Shown piece after piece: positions 28,930-38,733 of a stretch of DNA of 64,000 bases. The stretch covers positions 12,754-76,753 of the forward strand of contig CALXLL010000003.1 of assembly GCA_944389185.1 (NCBI GenBank), in the 5' to 3' direction. The notes below the pieces were generated by a model. That model searched no databases and was not told the DNA's origin. It worked only from the letters and a program-made list of their open reading frames with translations. The position numbers were made by a program, and so were the translations under genes. Source of the stretch: an uncultured Alphaproteobacteria bacterium. Its GTDB lineage: Bacteria > Pseudomonadota > Alphaproteobacteria > Rs-D84. Numbering within the stretch: position 1 is the stretch's first letter; every line of letters starts with the position of its first letter.

Positions 28930-29208
28930 TTATCTGCCTAGATAAGTTTTGTGTTCGCGTAATTTGAAATCACGAGCCAAAACAGTAATTGCTTTATTTA
29001 ATTCTTCTTCTGTGCTTGTTTCTATTGTTATGGTTCCTCTTTTCAAAGAGATATTGTTAAGTCTTTCTTTTGCATAGGAATAAAAAGAACAAGGAGCCCC
29101 AGCATTACAAGCAGGCAACGAACGACAAGAACCGCAACACATACTGCGAATATTTTGGTCTTCACCATTATAAGTTAAATTAATCTTTATACTATTTTCT
29201 AATAACAT
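28930..29208 (-). CDS. small cysteine-rich hypothetical protein
   Basis: 92 aa with the Cys cluster MCCGSCRSLPACNAGAPCS. Ends 2 bp upstream of queH, so probably co-transcribed. No family recognised. Confidence 0.5.
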   Translation of the reverse strand: MLLENSIKINLTYNGEDQNIRSMCCGSCRSLPACNAGAPCSFYSYAKERLNNISLKRGTITIETSTEEELNKAITVLARDFKLREHKTYLGR

Positions 29209-29350
29209 CGTTTAACCTTTTATTTTTGCCCATTGATATATATGTAAAAAAAACGCGCTTTTCAAGGTTCTTTCATAAATATCAATCTAAGCACCGAGCC
29301 ATATCCTAGCATAAGATTTTAACTTTGCAAGCAGTTTTTTTGACAAAAGT

Positions 29351-31345
29351 TTATTTTGTGTAATTTTTTCCTATATCCGTATCTTTTGGTAATTCAATTA
29401 TTTCTTCTGAATTATCGCCGATACCCAACTCTGCTGGGCTGCACATCATACCAAAGGATTCCAGACCTGCAACTGTGCGCTGGCTGATAGTTTTTTTCAT
29501 TGTTGGCAGCTTGCATCCAATTGGTGCCAATATACTAATCATACCTTCTTTAACGTTTGGTGCCCCGCAAATAATCTGCAAGTTATGGTTTATTCCGTCG
29601 TCTACAGTTAATATATGCAAGTTGTCATTGTTTGGATGTTTTTTTACCGCAACTATTTTTGCAGTTATTGGTTTTGGCGCATCGTCTATCTTTGGGGCGT
29701 ATTTTTCTGTTAGCGCAATAACAGTTTCTTCGTCTATTCTTGAAAATAAGTTTTCAGGAACGGAAAAAGTCGTATTATCTGCAATTCTGCTGTCGAACTT
29801 TTCAGGCCAAGATAAATCTTGCTTATCAGCAAAAATACTTCTGATTTTTTCTGCAGTGCTTGGTATGAAAGGTGCAGATACGCGCGAATACAAGTCAATC
29901 AGTTGAAAGCAAGTATTTAATACCTGCCCTGCACTTTCCAAGTCACCGTTTTTAACCAACACCCAAGGTTCTTTAACTGTCATATATTCGTTACCCAAAG
30001 CATACAAAGAACGCAAAGCAAATACTGCATTACGGAATTCGCAAGAATCTAAAGCTTTTGTAAGTTCTGTAATTTTTTCGTTAACTTTTTGAGCTAAGTC
30101 AGCGTCTATATTTCCTGCTTTTGGAACGTTATTGCCAAAGTTTTTTTCTGTGATTTTGCAAACGCGCGAAACGAAATTACCCAACATACCATTCAGGTCT
30201 TTATTTACGATGTCTGCAAATCGTGCAAAAGTAAAATCTGTATCGTCTGTTTCTGGTGCAGATGCAATTAAAGCATAGCGCCATACGTCTGCCGGTGCGA
30301 TGCTTAAAGCGTCTTCCAGAAATACGCCTCTTTTTTCAGATTTAGAAAACTTACCGCCCTCAAAATTCAAAAAGTTCATGGATTTCAGCATGTCAACTGT
30401 TTTCCAATCATCTTTCATAGCAAGTTGCTGTTCAGGGAAGAATACGGCATGGAACTTTACGTTGTCTTTGCCCATAAACTGAGCATAATGACAATCAGGA
30501 TTCTTCCACCAATCTTCCCAATTATCGCGCACAGACTGAGATATAGAAACATATCCCCAAGGTGCATCAAACCAGACATAAAAGACTTTATTTTCATATC
30601 CTGGTTTATTTACAGGTATACCCCAAGATAAGTCACGTGTAATTGACGTATCTATCAATCCTTCTTTTGCCCATCCTTGTGCGATATTACTTGCGGTTTT
30701 AGACCATTTAGGTGCGTGTTCCTTTAACCAATCTTGCCAAATATCTTGAACCTTAGAAGCAAGGAAAAAAAGATTTTTTGTTGGCCGCATTTCAATATTT
30801 GTGCTGCCCGAAATCGTGCTGCGAGGATTTAATAATTCTGTTGCTTCATAAGTCGCGCTGCATTTATCACATTGGTCGCCGCGTGCTTTTTCATAACCGC
30901 ATTTTGGGCAAGTCCCAACTAACTGACGGTCGGCTAAGAACATATTGTCATCTACGCAAAAAGGCTGCAACGTTTCGCGTTCTTCTATTAAGCCTAATTC
31001 ATCCAAACGGCTAAACAAGCTTTGAACCAATGTTTCTTGTAATTTCGTATGCGTTCTTCCATAAGTATCAAAAGACAAGTTAAAGTCTTTAACTGCTTGT
31101 AAATGCTTTTTGTAATAAAAGTTAGAATAATCAAGCGGGCTCATTCCTGCTTGTTTTGCACCGACTTCAACGGGCGTTCCATGTTCATCCGCACCACATA
31201 TATATAAAACGTCACGGCCTTTTGCACGGCAGAATCTGGCGTATATATCGGAAGGTAACCAGCAACCGATTAAATGCCCCAGATGCAAATCGCCGTTAAC
31301 ATAGGGTAAAGCGGAAGTAATAAGATATTTATTATTTTTTGTCAT
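29351..31345 (-). CDS. metG: methionine--tRNA ligase with C-terminal tRNA-binding domain
   Basis: 664 aa. HIGH variant (LHLGHLIG), a CxxC knuckle (CPKCG...CDKC), a KFSKS (KMSKS-type) motif, and a C-terminal EMAPII/Trbp111-like IICGAPNV. Confidence 0.92.
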   Translation of the reverse strand: MTKNNKYLITSALPYVNGDLHLGHLIGCWLPSDIYARFCRAKGRDVLYICGADEHGTPVEVGAKQAGMSPLDYSNFYYKKHLQAVKDFNLSFDTYGRTHTKLQETLVQSLFSRLDELGLIEERETLQPFCVDDNMFLADRQLVGTCPKCGYEKARGDQCDKCSATYEATELLNPRSTISGSTNIEMRPTKNLFFLASKVQDIWQDWLKEHAPKWSKTASNIAQGWAKEGLIDTSITRDLSWGIPVNKPGYENKVFYVWFDAPWGYVSISQSVRDNWEDWWKNPDCHYAQFMGKDNVKFHAVFFPEQQLAMKDDWKTVDMLKSMNFLNFEGGKFSKSEKRGVFLEDALSIAPADVWRYALIASAPETDDTDFTFARFADIVNKDLNGMLGNFVSRVCKITEKNFGNNVPKAGNIDADLAQKVNEKITELTKALDSCEFRNAVFALRSLYALGNEYMTVKEPWVLVKNGDLESAGQVLNTCFQLIDLYSRVSAPFIPSTAEKIRSIFADKQDLSWPEKFDSRIADNTTFSVPENLFSRIDEETVIALTEKYAPKIDDAPKPITAKIVAVKKHPNNDNLHILTVDDGINHNLQIICGAPNVKEGMISILAPIGCKLPTMKKTISQRTVAGLESFGMMCSPAELGIGDNSEEIIELPKDTDIGKNYTK

Positions 31346-31375
31346 TTTATACAGCCTTTTTACTTAGTATAATTT

Positions 31376-31402
31376 ATAAAAAATGACGCCCAACGGGGCG
31401 TC
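31376..31402 (-). terminator. intrinsic terminator between tRNA-Val(GAC) and metG
   Basis: The minus strand reads GACGCCC-CGTT-GGGCGTC followed by ATTTTTTAT. Confidence 0.65.
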
Positions 31403-31475
31403 AAAGAAACCCGTCAGATATTTTCGTTTAATGTTAGTTTTGCATTCGCATTATTCAACCTGTTTTTTTATTTAT

Positions 31476-31552
31476 TGGTGGGTGGTATTGGACTCGAACC
31501 AACGACCTTTACGATGTCAACGTAACGCTCTAACCAGCTGAGCTAACCACCC
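31476..31552 (-). tRNA. tRNA-Val (anticodon GAC)
   Basis: The reverse complement GGGTGGTTAGCTCAGCTGGTTAGAGCGTTACGTTGACATCGTAAAGGTCGTTGGTTCGAGTCCAATACCACCCACCA forms a cloverleaf. Anticodon loop TTGACAT. CCA encoded. Confidence 0.88.
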
Positions 31553-31564
31553 AAAACTTAACGG

Positions 31565-31592
31565 ATTATACCAAAGAAAAATCAGATTGCAA
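31565..31592 (-). promoter_or_regulatory. sigma70-like promoter for tRNA-Val(GAC)
   Basis: The minus strand reads TTGCAA (31592-31587), 16-nt spacer, TATAAT (31570-31565), 12 nt before the tRNA 5' end. Confidence 0.55.
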
Positions 31593-31615
31593 TACTTAAA
31601 AAACTCTTTTATAAT
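31587..31615 (+). promoter_or_regulatory. sigma70-like promoter for the 31621-31800 RNA, sharing a palindromic -35 with the divergent tRNA promoter
   Basis: TTGCAA (31587-31592; the hexamer is its own reverse complement), 17-nt spacer, consensus TATAAT (31610-31615). Confidence 0.55.
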
Positions 31616-31620
31616 AATAA

Positions 31621-31800
31621 GCGCGACAGGGGTTCTGTCGCTGGGCATACAAACCTATTCAGCACGCGCCAGAGATGGCGGAAAATATCTCCAACCGATT
31701 TGGTTGGAGTGCACTGAATATATTGAATAAAGTGCGCAATTTCGTGTTGAATTGTTTGTAAGCTCCAACCACCTAAATATTTTTCGGTGGTTTTATTTTA
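31621..31800 (+). ncRNA. candidate structured RNA (unclassified sRNA or cis-regulatory leader of the downstream HTH gene)
   Basis: Bounded by the promoter above and the terminator AACCACC-12 nt-GGTGGTT plus a T-rich tail (31767-31800). Contains hairpins 31623-31641, 31667-31680, 31689-31709 and 31711-31735, and a long closing helix 31645-31666 with 31743-31763. No ORF is present. Confidence 0.5.
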
Positions 31801-31821
31801 TTGTTTGAAAGCGGGGCTGTT

Positions 31822-32019
31822 ATGAAGGTTGGACAAGAAATTGAATCTATAAGAAAAAAACTTGGTTTTTCCGTCGTGTTTATGTGTAACGTTTTTAATG
31901 TTTCTGAACCAGATTATTATAAAATAATTGCCGGTAAATACCGGTTAAATACATATCAATTAATTATGTTTATAGATGCAACTAAAACCCCACTTAAATC
32001 CATAGAAGAATATTTATAA
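31822..32019 (+). CDS. small XRE-family helix-turn-helix protein
   Basis: 65 aa from ATG 31822 (the ORF-track start at 31801 is a TTG inside the terminator tail). IRKKLGFSVVFMCNVFNVSEPDYYKIIAGK fits the HTH_XRE pattern. Confidence 0.55.
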   Translation: MKVGQEIESIRKKLGFSVVFMCNVFNVSEPDYYKIIAGKYRLNTYQLIMFIDATKTPLKSIEEYL

Positions 32020-32042
32020 AAAACCGGCTTTTGCCGGCTTTT

Positions 32043-32045
<3 letters not shown>
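32018..32045. terminator. bidirectional intrinsic terminator (HTH gene / mreB convergent)
   Basis: AAAAAACCGGC-TTTT-GCCGGCTTTTTT. Confidence 0.7.
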
Positions 32046-33101
<1,056 letters not shown>

Positions 33102-33207
33102 CTAGGTAATCGTTTTTTGCACTATAAAGCCTGAGCATAAAAAAATCAAGAGCCCTTAATAAAGTTTTTTTATTTGATTATCTTTATATTGTGTTATTAT
33201 ACGGCTT

Positions 33208-33543
33208 ATGAGAAATACGATAAAAAATCATAAAGATTTCATAAGGTCCGAAACTGATATAGAAGCTAAATCGGCGTTTTTTTTCATTCGTGCAAAACCT
33301 GCTATAAAATCTAAAGACCCCAGGTATGGTTTAATCGTCACCAAAAAGACCTTTAAATTAGCGGTTGAAAGGAATCGTGCTAAACGCTTACTGCGTGATT
33401 GGATACGTTTTAATGAAAAACTTTTATCAGATAATCTTGATTATATTTTCATCGCAAGACGCCCTATTCTTGATGCGGAACGTGAAGATGGTAGAATCGC
33501 TTTGAAAAAAGCTTTAAATTATATAAAAAAACAAAATGCTTAA
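33208..33543 (+). CDS. rnpA: ribonuclease P protein component
   Basis: 111 aa, basic. RNR-type motif ([12 protein letters not shown]). Overlaps yidD as in the conserved rnpA-yidD arrangement. Confidence 0.85.
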   Translation: MRNTIKNHKDFIRSETDIEAKSAFFFIRAKPAIKSKDPRYGLIVTKKTFKLAVERNRAKRLLRDWIRFNEKLLSDNLDYIFIARRPILDAEREDGRIALKKALNYIKKQNA

Positions 33544-33754
33544 AAAGTTAGCCGTATATTTAATCAATTTTTATCAGCGGGCAATATCTCCTTTTACCGG
33601 TGGGCGTTGCGCTTGTCGTTATGTGCCTACGTGCAGTGAGTATACCAAGCAAGCCATACAAAAATATGGTTTTTTTCGTGGGGGATGGTTGGGAATTAAA
33701 AGAATATCCAGGTGCAGACCCGGTGGGGGATTTGGGTATGACCCTGTCCCTTGA
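33536..33754 (+). CDS. yidD: membrane protein insertion efficiency factor YidD
   Basis: 72 aa. YQRAISPF...[10 protein letters not shown]...[14 protein letters not shown] is the YidD signature. Confidence 0.9.
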   Translation: MLKKLAVYLINFYQRAISPFTGGRCACRYVPTCSEYTKQAIQKYGFFRGGWLGIKRISRCRPGGGFGYDPVP

Positions 33755-33815
33755 CAATGGGTATGATTGTGGTAAAATTCGCTCTATCAGAAAAAAAGAA
33801 TAAAGGATTATAAAA

Positions 33816-34256
33816 ATGTCTTTTCGTGCAACCGTTGAATCTATGTCAAAGATTATGGATGAAATGGGTATTACAGAACTTGATTTGGAACGTCAGTTCT
33901 TATTTGGTGTTTATCGTAAACATATACATTTATCAAAACAGCAAGCTGCTGCGGTTAGTATGCCAAGTTTTCCTACGGCAGAAGCTAAAAGCGCTAATAG
34001 TGAACCGTCTGAACATATAAACGGTTATGCTTTAAAATCACCGATGGTTGGGGTTGCGTATCTGGCGCCAGAACCGGGTGCAGAAACCTTTACGAAAGTC
34101 GGTGCAACAATAAAAGCAGGTGACACGGTGGCTTTGGTTGAAGCTATGAAAACTTTCAATCCTATCAAGTCCGATAAAGACGGTGTGGTTAAAGAAATAC
34201 TTGTATCTGACGGGCAAGCCGTTGAATTTGATCAACCTATTATAATAATAGAATAA
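33816..34256 (+). CDS. accB: biotin carboxyl carrier protein of acetyl-CoA carboxylase
   Basis: 146 aa. The biotinyl-lysine motif EAMKT is in the C-terminal lipoyl-like domain. Directly upstream of accC. Confidence 0.9.
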   Translation: MSFRATVESMSKIMDEMGITELDLERQFLFGVYRKHIHLSKQQAAAVSMPSFPTAEAKSANSEPSEHINGYALKSPMVGVAYLAPEPGAETFTKVGATIKAGDTVALVEAMKTFNPIKSDKDGVVKEILVSDGQAVEFDQPIIIIE

Positions 34257-34258
34257 AA

Positions 34259-35635
34259 ATGTCTCAGATAAAAAAAGTTTTAATTGCTAATCGCGGTGAA
34301 ATCGCTTTACGTATAATTCGTGCTTGTCGTGATATGGGTATCAGGACAGTTGCGGTTTATTCTACGGTTGATAGAAACGCTATGCACGTTCAGCTGGCCG
34401 ATGAATCTGTATGTATTGGCCCGGGGGCTTCAAAAGATTCTTATTTAAACGAGTCGGCTATTTTAACGGCGGCTTTACTTACGAACGCGGATGCGATTCA
34501 TCCGGGTTATGGTTTTTTATCAGAACGCGCAGATTTCGTTCAGAAAGTTGAACAGCATGGTTTAATCTGGATTGGGCCAAGCGCAGCTATGATTGAAAAA
34601 ATGGGCGATAAAGTTAACGCCAAGAAAACTGCTATTGAATGCGGTTTGCCTGTTGTTCCAGGATCTGACGGTGCTGTTAAATCTTTGGAAGAAGCTTTGG
34701 AATGGGGCGAAAAAATCGGTTATCCCGTTATGTTAAAGGCAGCGGCCGGTGGTGGCGGACGTGGAATGCGTCCTGTTATGTCGGCAGATGAAATGGCAGA
34801 AGCTTTCCAAATGACCAAGAACGAAGCAAGAAGCGGTTTCGGTGATGATACTTTATATATGGAGAAGCTGCTGCTGCATCCAAGACATATAGAATTTCAA
34901 GTTCTTGGTGATAAGCATGGAAATGTTGTTATTTTTGGGGAACGTGATTGTTCTTTGCAGCGCAAAAACCAAAAGGTTATGGAAGAATGCCCTGCTGCGG
35001 CTTTAACGCAGAAGCAGCGTGACGATATGATAGAGATATGTAAAACCGCTGCGAAAAAAATGGGGTATACTAACGCCGGAACTTTCGAGTTTATGTATGA
35101 AAACGGTAAGTTTTATTTCTTGGAAATGAATACAAGATTACAGGTAGAACATCCAGTGACTGAAATGGTTTACGGTGTTGATTTAGTGCGCGAGCAAATA
35201 AGAATAGCTGCCGGTGAAAAGCTGGGGTATACTCAATCAAACGTTATACCGCATGGTCATGCCATAGAGTTTCGCATAAATGCAGAAGACCCAGAAACAT
35301 TTGTTCCAAATCCAGGGAAGATAACATTGTATGCACCATCGGGTGGTTTGGGCGTTCGTGTAGATAGCGCGGTTTATACTGGTTATACTATACCACCAAC
35401 TTATGATTCTATGATTGCAAAGTTGATTGTTCATGCTCAGAATAGGCCCGCTTGTATTATGCGTGCAACGCGCGCATTGGACGAATTCGTAATAGAAGGC
35501 GTAAAAACCACGATTCCTTTGCAGCAAAAGCTATTAAAGAATAAAGATGTAAAAACGCTAAACTTTGATAATCATTGGTTGGAAAATTATTTAAAAGAAG
35601 AAAAGAAATCTGTAAAAAAATCAGATGAAAAATAA
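34259..35635 (+). CDS. accC: biotin carboxylase
   Basis: 458 aa. KVLIANRGEIALRIIRA, ATP-grasp glycine loop AAGGGGRGMR, EMNTRLQVEHPVTE. Confidence 0.93.
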   Translation: MSQIKKVLIANRGEIALRIIRACRDMGIRTVAVYSTVDRNAMHVQLADESVCIGPGASKDSYLNESAILTAALLTNADAIHPGYGFLSERADFVQKVEQHGLIWIGPSAAMIEKMGDKVNAKKTAIECGLPVVPGSDGAVKSLEEALEWGEKIGYPVMLKAAAGGGGRGMRPVMSADEMAEAFQMTKNEARSGFGDDTLYMEKLLLHPRHIEFQVLGDKHGNVVIFGERDCSLQRKNQKVMEECPAAALTQKQRDDMIEICKTAAKKMGYTNAGTFEFMYENGKFYFLEMNTRLQVEHPVTEMVYGVDLVREQIRIAAGEKLGYTQSNVIPHGHAIEFRINAEDPETFVPNPGKITLYAPSGGLGVRVDSAVYTGYTIPPTYDSMIAKLIVHAQNRPACIMRATRALDEFVIEGVKTTIPLQQKLLKNKDVKTLNFDNHWLENYLKEEKKSVKKSDEK

Positions 35636-35636
35636 T

Positions 35637-35666
35637 AAAAAAAGCCGGCTTTTGCCGGTTTTTTTA
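35637..35666. terminator. bidirectional intrinsic terminator (accC / sspB convergent)
   Basis: AAAAAAGCCGGC-TTTT-GCCGGTTTTTTT. Confidence 0.7.
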
Positions 35667-36128
35667 ATTCTTTTTATTTTTTCTGAAATCGTCCAATGAT
35701 ACGATTTTTTTATTTGTTGAAACAGGTTCGTTTTTTTCTTCCAAAGGTAATTCCATATCATTATCTGCTGCATCGCTGCTTTTCGGATGAAAAGACAGCA
35801 TAAAATCTACGGAAGGATCTTTAAATTCAACCAGTGCAGAAAAAGGCACGCGTATAAAGAAAGGTTTGCCGTCAAAAGTTAATTGAACGCCGAATTCTTT
35901 ATCAGAAACATGAAGGTTGTTATAAGAATATTGTAAAACAATGGTCATAGTATCTGGGTATTTTATGCGCAGAAAGTCCGGTAAAACCACACCCGGAGCC
36001 CTAGTTTTAAAAGTTATATAAAAATGAGTTCCGTCACCTAATCCGTTGAATTGTGCATGTATCAAAGCTTCTTTAACGACAGATTTAAGTGCGTTGTCTA
36101 ATAATGTCTGGTAATCAATTCTGGTCAT
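35664..36128 (-). CDS. sspB: ClpXP adaptor SspB, alphaproteobacterial type
   Basis: 154 aa. IDYQTLLDNALKSVVKEAL...HFYITFKTRAPGVVLPDFLRIKYPDTMTIVLQ...FKDPSVDF parallels Caulobacter-type SspB. Confidence 0.8.
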   Translation of the reverse strand: MTRIDYQTLLDNALKSVVKEALIHAQFNGLGDGTHFYITFKTRAPGVVLPDFLRIKYPDTMTIVLQYSYNNLHVSDKEFGVQLTFDGKPFFIRVPFSALVEFKDPSVDFMLSFHPKSSDAADNDMELPLEEKNEPVSTNKKIVSLDDFRKNKKN

Positions 36129-36129
36129 T

Positions 36130-37212
36130 TTATTGCTCCGCCACCAGTATATTATTTATCGTGCCGTCAAAGCAAGAAACAAATACAGCATCTGGCACAT
36201 CTTTAAATACTTCTTGTTCTAAACCCGTTGCCCAAACCTGAGCTTCTGCTTTACCAAGTTCAGAAAAAAGTTTATATCTGGCGTTTTTATCAAGATGGGC
36301 AGCTGCTTCGTCAAGTAATATAAGCGGTTTATAACCCGTTTTCGTTCTTATTAATTTTGCGTGCGCCAGTATAATATCCAGTAATACAGATTTTTGCTGT
36401 CCGGTGCTGGTTAAATTAACAGGTAAGTTCAAACTTTTATTAAAAACACCAAAATCTGATTTATTTGGACCGTCAAGTATCATTTTATCACCTATAAGTT
36501 GACGATTTTGCGCCAAGTAATCAAGATATTTTCTTTCAGAAGTAGCTGCATTTTCACCGTGGATAAGCATATCTTCTATGTAGCCCGATACGCTAATTGC
36601 GGCATTTTCTAAAAAATAATTTATTTCACCTGCATACTGTATTCTTGCACTGGCAATAGCGACTGATATACCGGCAATTTGCTGATCCAAAGCGTTAATC
36701 CAATTATTATCTGGGCTGTTTTTTAGTGCAAAAGCGCGTTCTGATAAAAGTTTTGATAATCTTGCAACTCTTCCACCATGATTGGAATCAAAGTTTGCGG
36801 TAAGCCTGTCAAAAAAAGACCTTCTTTCACTTGCGCCATCAACGAATATTCTATCTTCTTTTGGGGTTAACCAAACTATTCTTAAATGTTCTGCAAGTTT
36901 TGATAAAGTAGAGCTTTCCCCATCTATTTTTGTTCGTCTGTTTGTGTCACCATTATTAAAGAATACCGAAATATCTGTATCGTCAGATAAAGTAGCAAAT
37001 ATAGAAAAACCGCCGGGACCGTTAAAGTTGGCAATGTCAGTCATTGTGGCACCGCGCATACCTTTTTCACCGCCCAGCATAGATACAGCTTCAAGTATCG
37101 CAGTTTTGCCAGCACCATTAGGTCCGGTTATAATTACGTTTTTTCTGCCATGCGTAAGTATTCTGCATGTTTTGTGGTTTCTAAAATCAGAGATAGTAAG
37201 GCTTGTTATCAT
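36130..37212 (-). CDS. recF: DNA replication and repair protein RecF
   Basis: 360 aa. LTISDFRNH, Walker A GPNGAGKTAILEA, a signature-like STGQQKS, Walker B LLLDEAAAHLD. Confidence 0.9.
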   Translation of the reverse strand: MITSLTISDFRNHKTCRILTHGRKNVIITGPNGAGKTAILEAVSMLGGEKGMRGATMTDIANFNGPGGFSIFATLSDDTDISVFFNNGDTNRRTKIDGESSTLSKLAEHLRIVWLTPKEDRIFVDGASERRSFFDRLTANFDSNHGGRVARLSKLLSERAFALKNSPDNNWINALDQQIAGISVAIASARIQYAGEINYFLENAAISVSGYIEDMLIHGENAATSERKYLDYLAQNRQLIGDKMILDGPNKSDFGVFNKSLNLPVNLTSTGQQKSVLLDIILAHAKLIRTKTGYKPLILLDEAAAHLDKNARYKLFSELGKAEAQVWATGLEQEVFKDVPDAVFVSCFDGTINNILVAEQ

Positions 37213-37225
37213 AATTTATTAAAAA

Positions 37226-37299
37226 TGGAGGCCTGGGTCGGAATCGAACCGGCATACAAGGATTTGCAGTCCTCTGCATAACCACTCTGCCACCAGGCC
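37226..37299 (-). tRNA. tRNA-Cys (anticodon GCA)
   Basis: The reverse complement GGCCTGGTGGCAGAGTGGTTATGCAGAGGACTGCAAATCCTTGTATGCCGGTTCGATTCCGACCCAGGCCTCCA forms a cloverleaf. Anticodon loop CTGCAAA. CCA encoded. Confidence 0.88.
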
Positions 37300-37333
37300 A
37301 TATTATTGTGAAATTATACTACGCAAAAAAAAA

Positions 37334-37361
37334 TTGTAATTCAACATAAAAATTATATAAT
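37334..37361 (+). promoter_or_regulatory. sigma70-like promoter for the efflux operon
   Basis: TTGTAA (37334-37339), 16-nt spacer, TATAAT (37356-37361), 35 nt upstream of the TolC-like start. Confidence 0.45.
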
Positions 37362-37395
37362 GTGAAAAAATATTTCAAAGAGAGAGATGTAAATA

Positions 37396-38733
37396 ATGAA
37401 GAAAATAGCGGTATTTTTGTGCTTTATGCCTGTAATGGCTTTTGCGGCTGAAGAAGATTGTTTTTCAAGAAAAGATGTTCCGTCAGAAACGCTTTCTTTG
37501 CCGGAAGTAATTGATCTTGGTCTTTGCAGAAACCCACAGACAACATCTGCGTTTTTATCATACGAATCAGCAAGATTTGCGAAAAATGCTGGTTACGCTA
37601 ATTATTTACCCAGCATTTCTGTGTCTGGTTCCGCAAATTTGCCTTATAGAAATAAAGAGTGGACAGATTGGTCTTATGGGGCTTCTTTATCTGCTTCTTA
37701 TTTGATTTTTGATTTCGGTAAAAGGTTGTCGGATATAAATCAATTAACAGCCACTTGGCGCGCAGCAGGTTTTGATTACGATGAAACGGTTCAAAATTAT
37801 ATTTATAGTATTATTGGTGCTTATTATTCTTTGCTGACTGCAAATGCCGACGTTAAAACAGCGGAATCTTTAAAAACTGTTGCAAAAACAGCAATGGATA
37901 CAGCTGATAAAAAATATAAAGCCGGCGTTGTTGCAAAAGCCGACGTTTTAAAAGCTGCAACTACTTTGGCAAGCCGCGATTTAGAGCTGGAAAGAGCAAA
38001 AAATAACCGTGAAATAGCAAAAGGTAATTTATTATCAAAATTGTCTTTTTCAGCGGACCAGGAAATAAGCATAGAAGATATGCCGGCTGATTTCGGTGAA
38101 GTGGCTGAAAACGAGGATATAGATAAATTAATAGAAACAGCAAAACAGAAAAGGCCAGATTTATTAAGTGCGGAAGCAAATAAAGAAGCCGCTTGGCACA
38201 GAAGAAACAGTTCTTTTTTAAGTAATTTACCAAGCATATCTGCTTCTGGTTCGTTGTCTTGGAATAATACGCCTTCAGAATCTTTTAACGTAGGAAACGA
38301 TAAAATAAGTGGCAGTATTGGAATCAGAGCTTCTATGCCCATATTTGCTGGTTTTGCCAATGTTTATGGCGTTCGTCAGGCGCAAGCAAATTATGATAGA
38401 GCAATAGAGCAAGAACGCTTAACAAACGATAATGCTATGCTGGACGTATTTACCGCATATCAAAATTATAAAACGGCACAGACCGTATTAAAGCAGACGA
38501 AAGTCTTATTAGATTCTGCTGTTGAAAGCGAAAAAGTGACGGCAGGAATGTATAAAGTTGGTAAAGCTACGATGTTAGATTGGCAGACTGCACAATCTGA
38601 ATTAGTAGATGCCCAAAAACAGCATAATGCGGCTAAATATGATTTGTTTACAAAAAGGGCTGCAGTTGCCTTATCTGTGGGAGATTTAAAAGCTAATTTA
38701 TTAGAGGGAGAAAACATAAATGAAGAAGAATAA
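37396..38733 (+). CDS. TolC-family outer membrane efflux protein
   Basis: 445 aa with a signal peptide. Two repeats of the OEP pattern (LSL.E.I...L..NP......; P.ISASGS...). First gene of the efflux operon. Confidence 0.85.
   Translation: MKKIAVFLCFMPVMAFAAEEDCFSRKDVPSETLSLPEVIDLGLCRNPQTTSAFLSYESARFAKNAGYANYLPSISVSGSANLPYRNKEWTDWSYGASLSASYLIFDFGKRLSDINQLTATWRAAGFDYDETVQNYIYSIIGAYYSLLTANADVKTAESLKTVAKTAMDTADKKYKAGVVAKADVLKAATTLASRDLELERAKNNREIAKGNLLSKLSFSADQEISIEDMPADFGEVAENEDIDKLIETAKQKRPDLLSAEANKEAAWHRRNSSFLSNLPSISASGSLSWNNTPSESFNVGNDKISGSIGIRASMPIFAGFANVYGVRQAQANYDRAIEQERLTNDNAMLDVFTAYQNYKTAQTVLKQTKVLLDSAVESEKVTAGMYKVGKATMLDWQTAQSELVDAQKQHNAAKYDLFTKRAAVALSVGDLKANLLEGENINEEE

Noticed and set aside
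28930-29208. The 92-aa Cys-rich ORF as a RiPP (lanthipeptide/thiopeptide-like) precursor.
   Set aside because: No modification enzyme, protease or transporter genes are adjacent. The Cys cluster is internal and followed by a structured-looking 50-residue domain, which does not fit a leader-core layout.
29475-29906. Long antisense ORFs inside well-supported genes (for example 29475-29906, 36782-37222, 37824-38360, 50496-50906, 62746-63231, 4122-4469, 12024-12311).
   Set aside because: Each lies wholly within, and opposite to, a gene with strong family motifs. These are shadow ORFs expected from codon bias, with no start context.
31621-31800. Assignment of the structured RNA to 6S RNA, SRP (4.5S) RNA, tmRNA, RNase P RNA or common riboswitch classes (SAM, TPP, preQ1, c-di-GMP).
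   Set aside because: No SRP domain IV GGAA/AGCA motifs, no tRNA-like T-arm/CCA end or tag ORF, and no RNase P GAGGAAAGTCC box were seen. The 5' and 3' ends do not form the 6S-type end-to-end helix, and the aptamer consensus cores are not recognisable by eye. The RNA is left unclassified pending cmscan.
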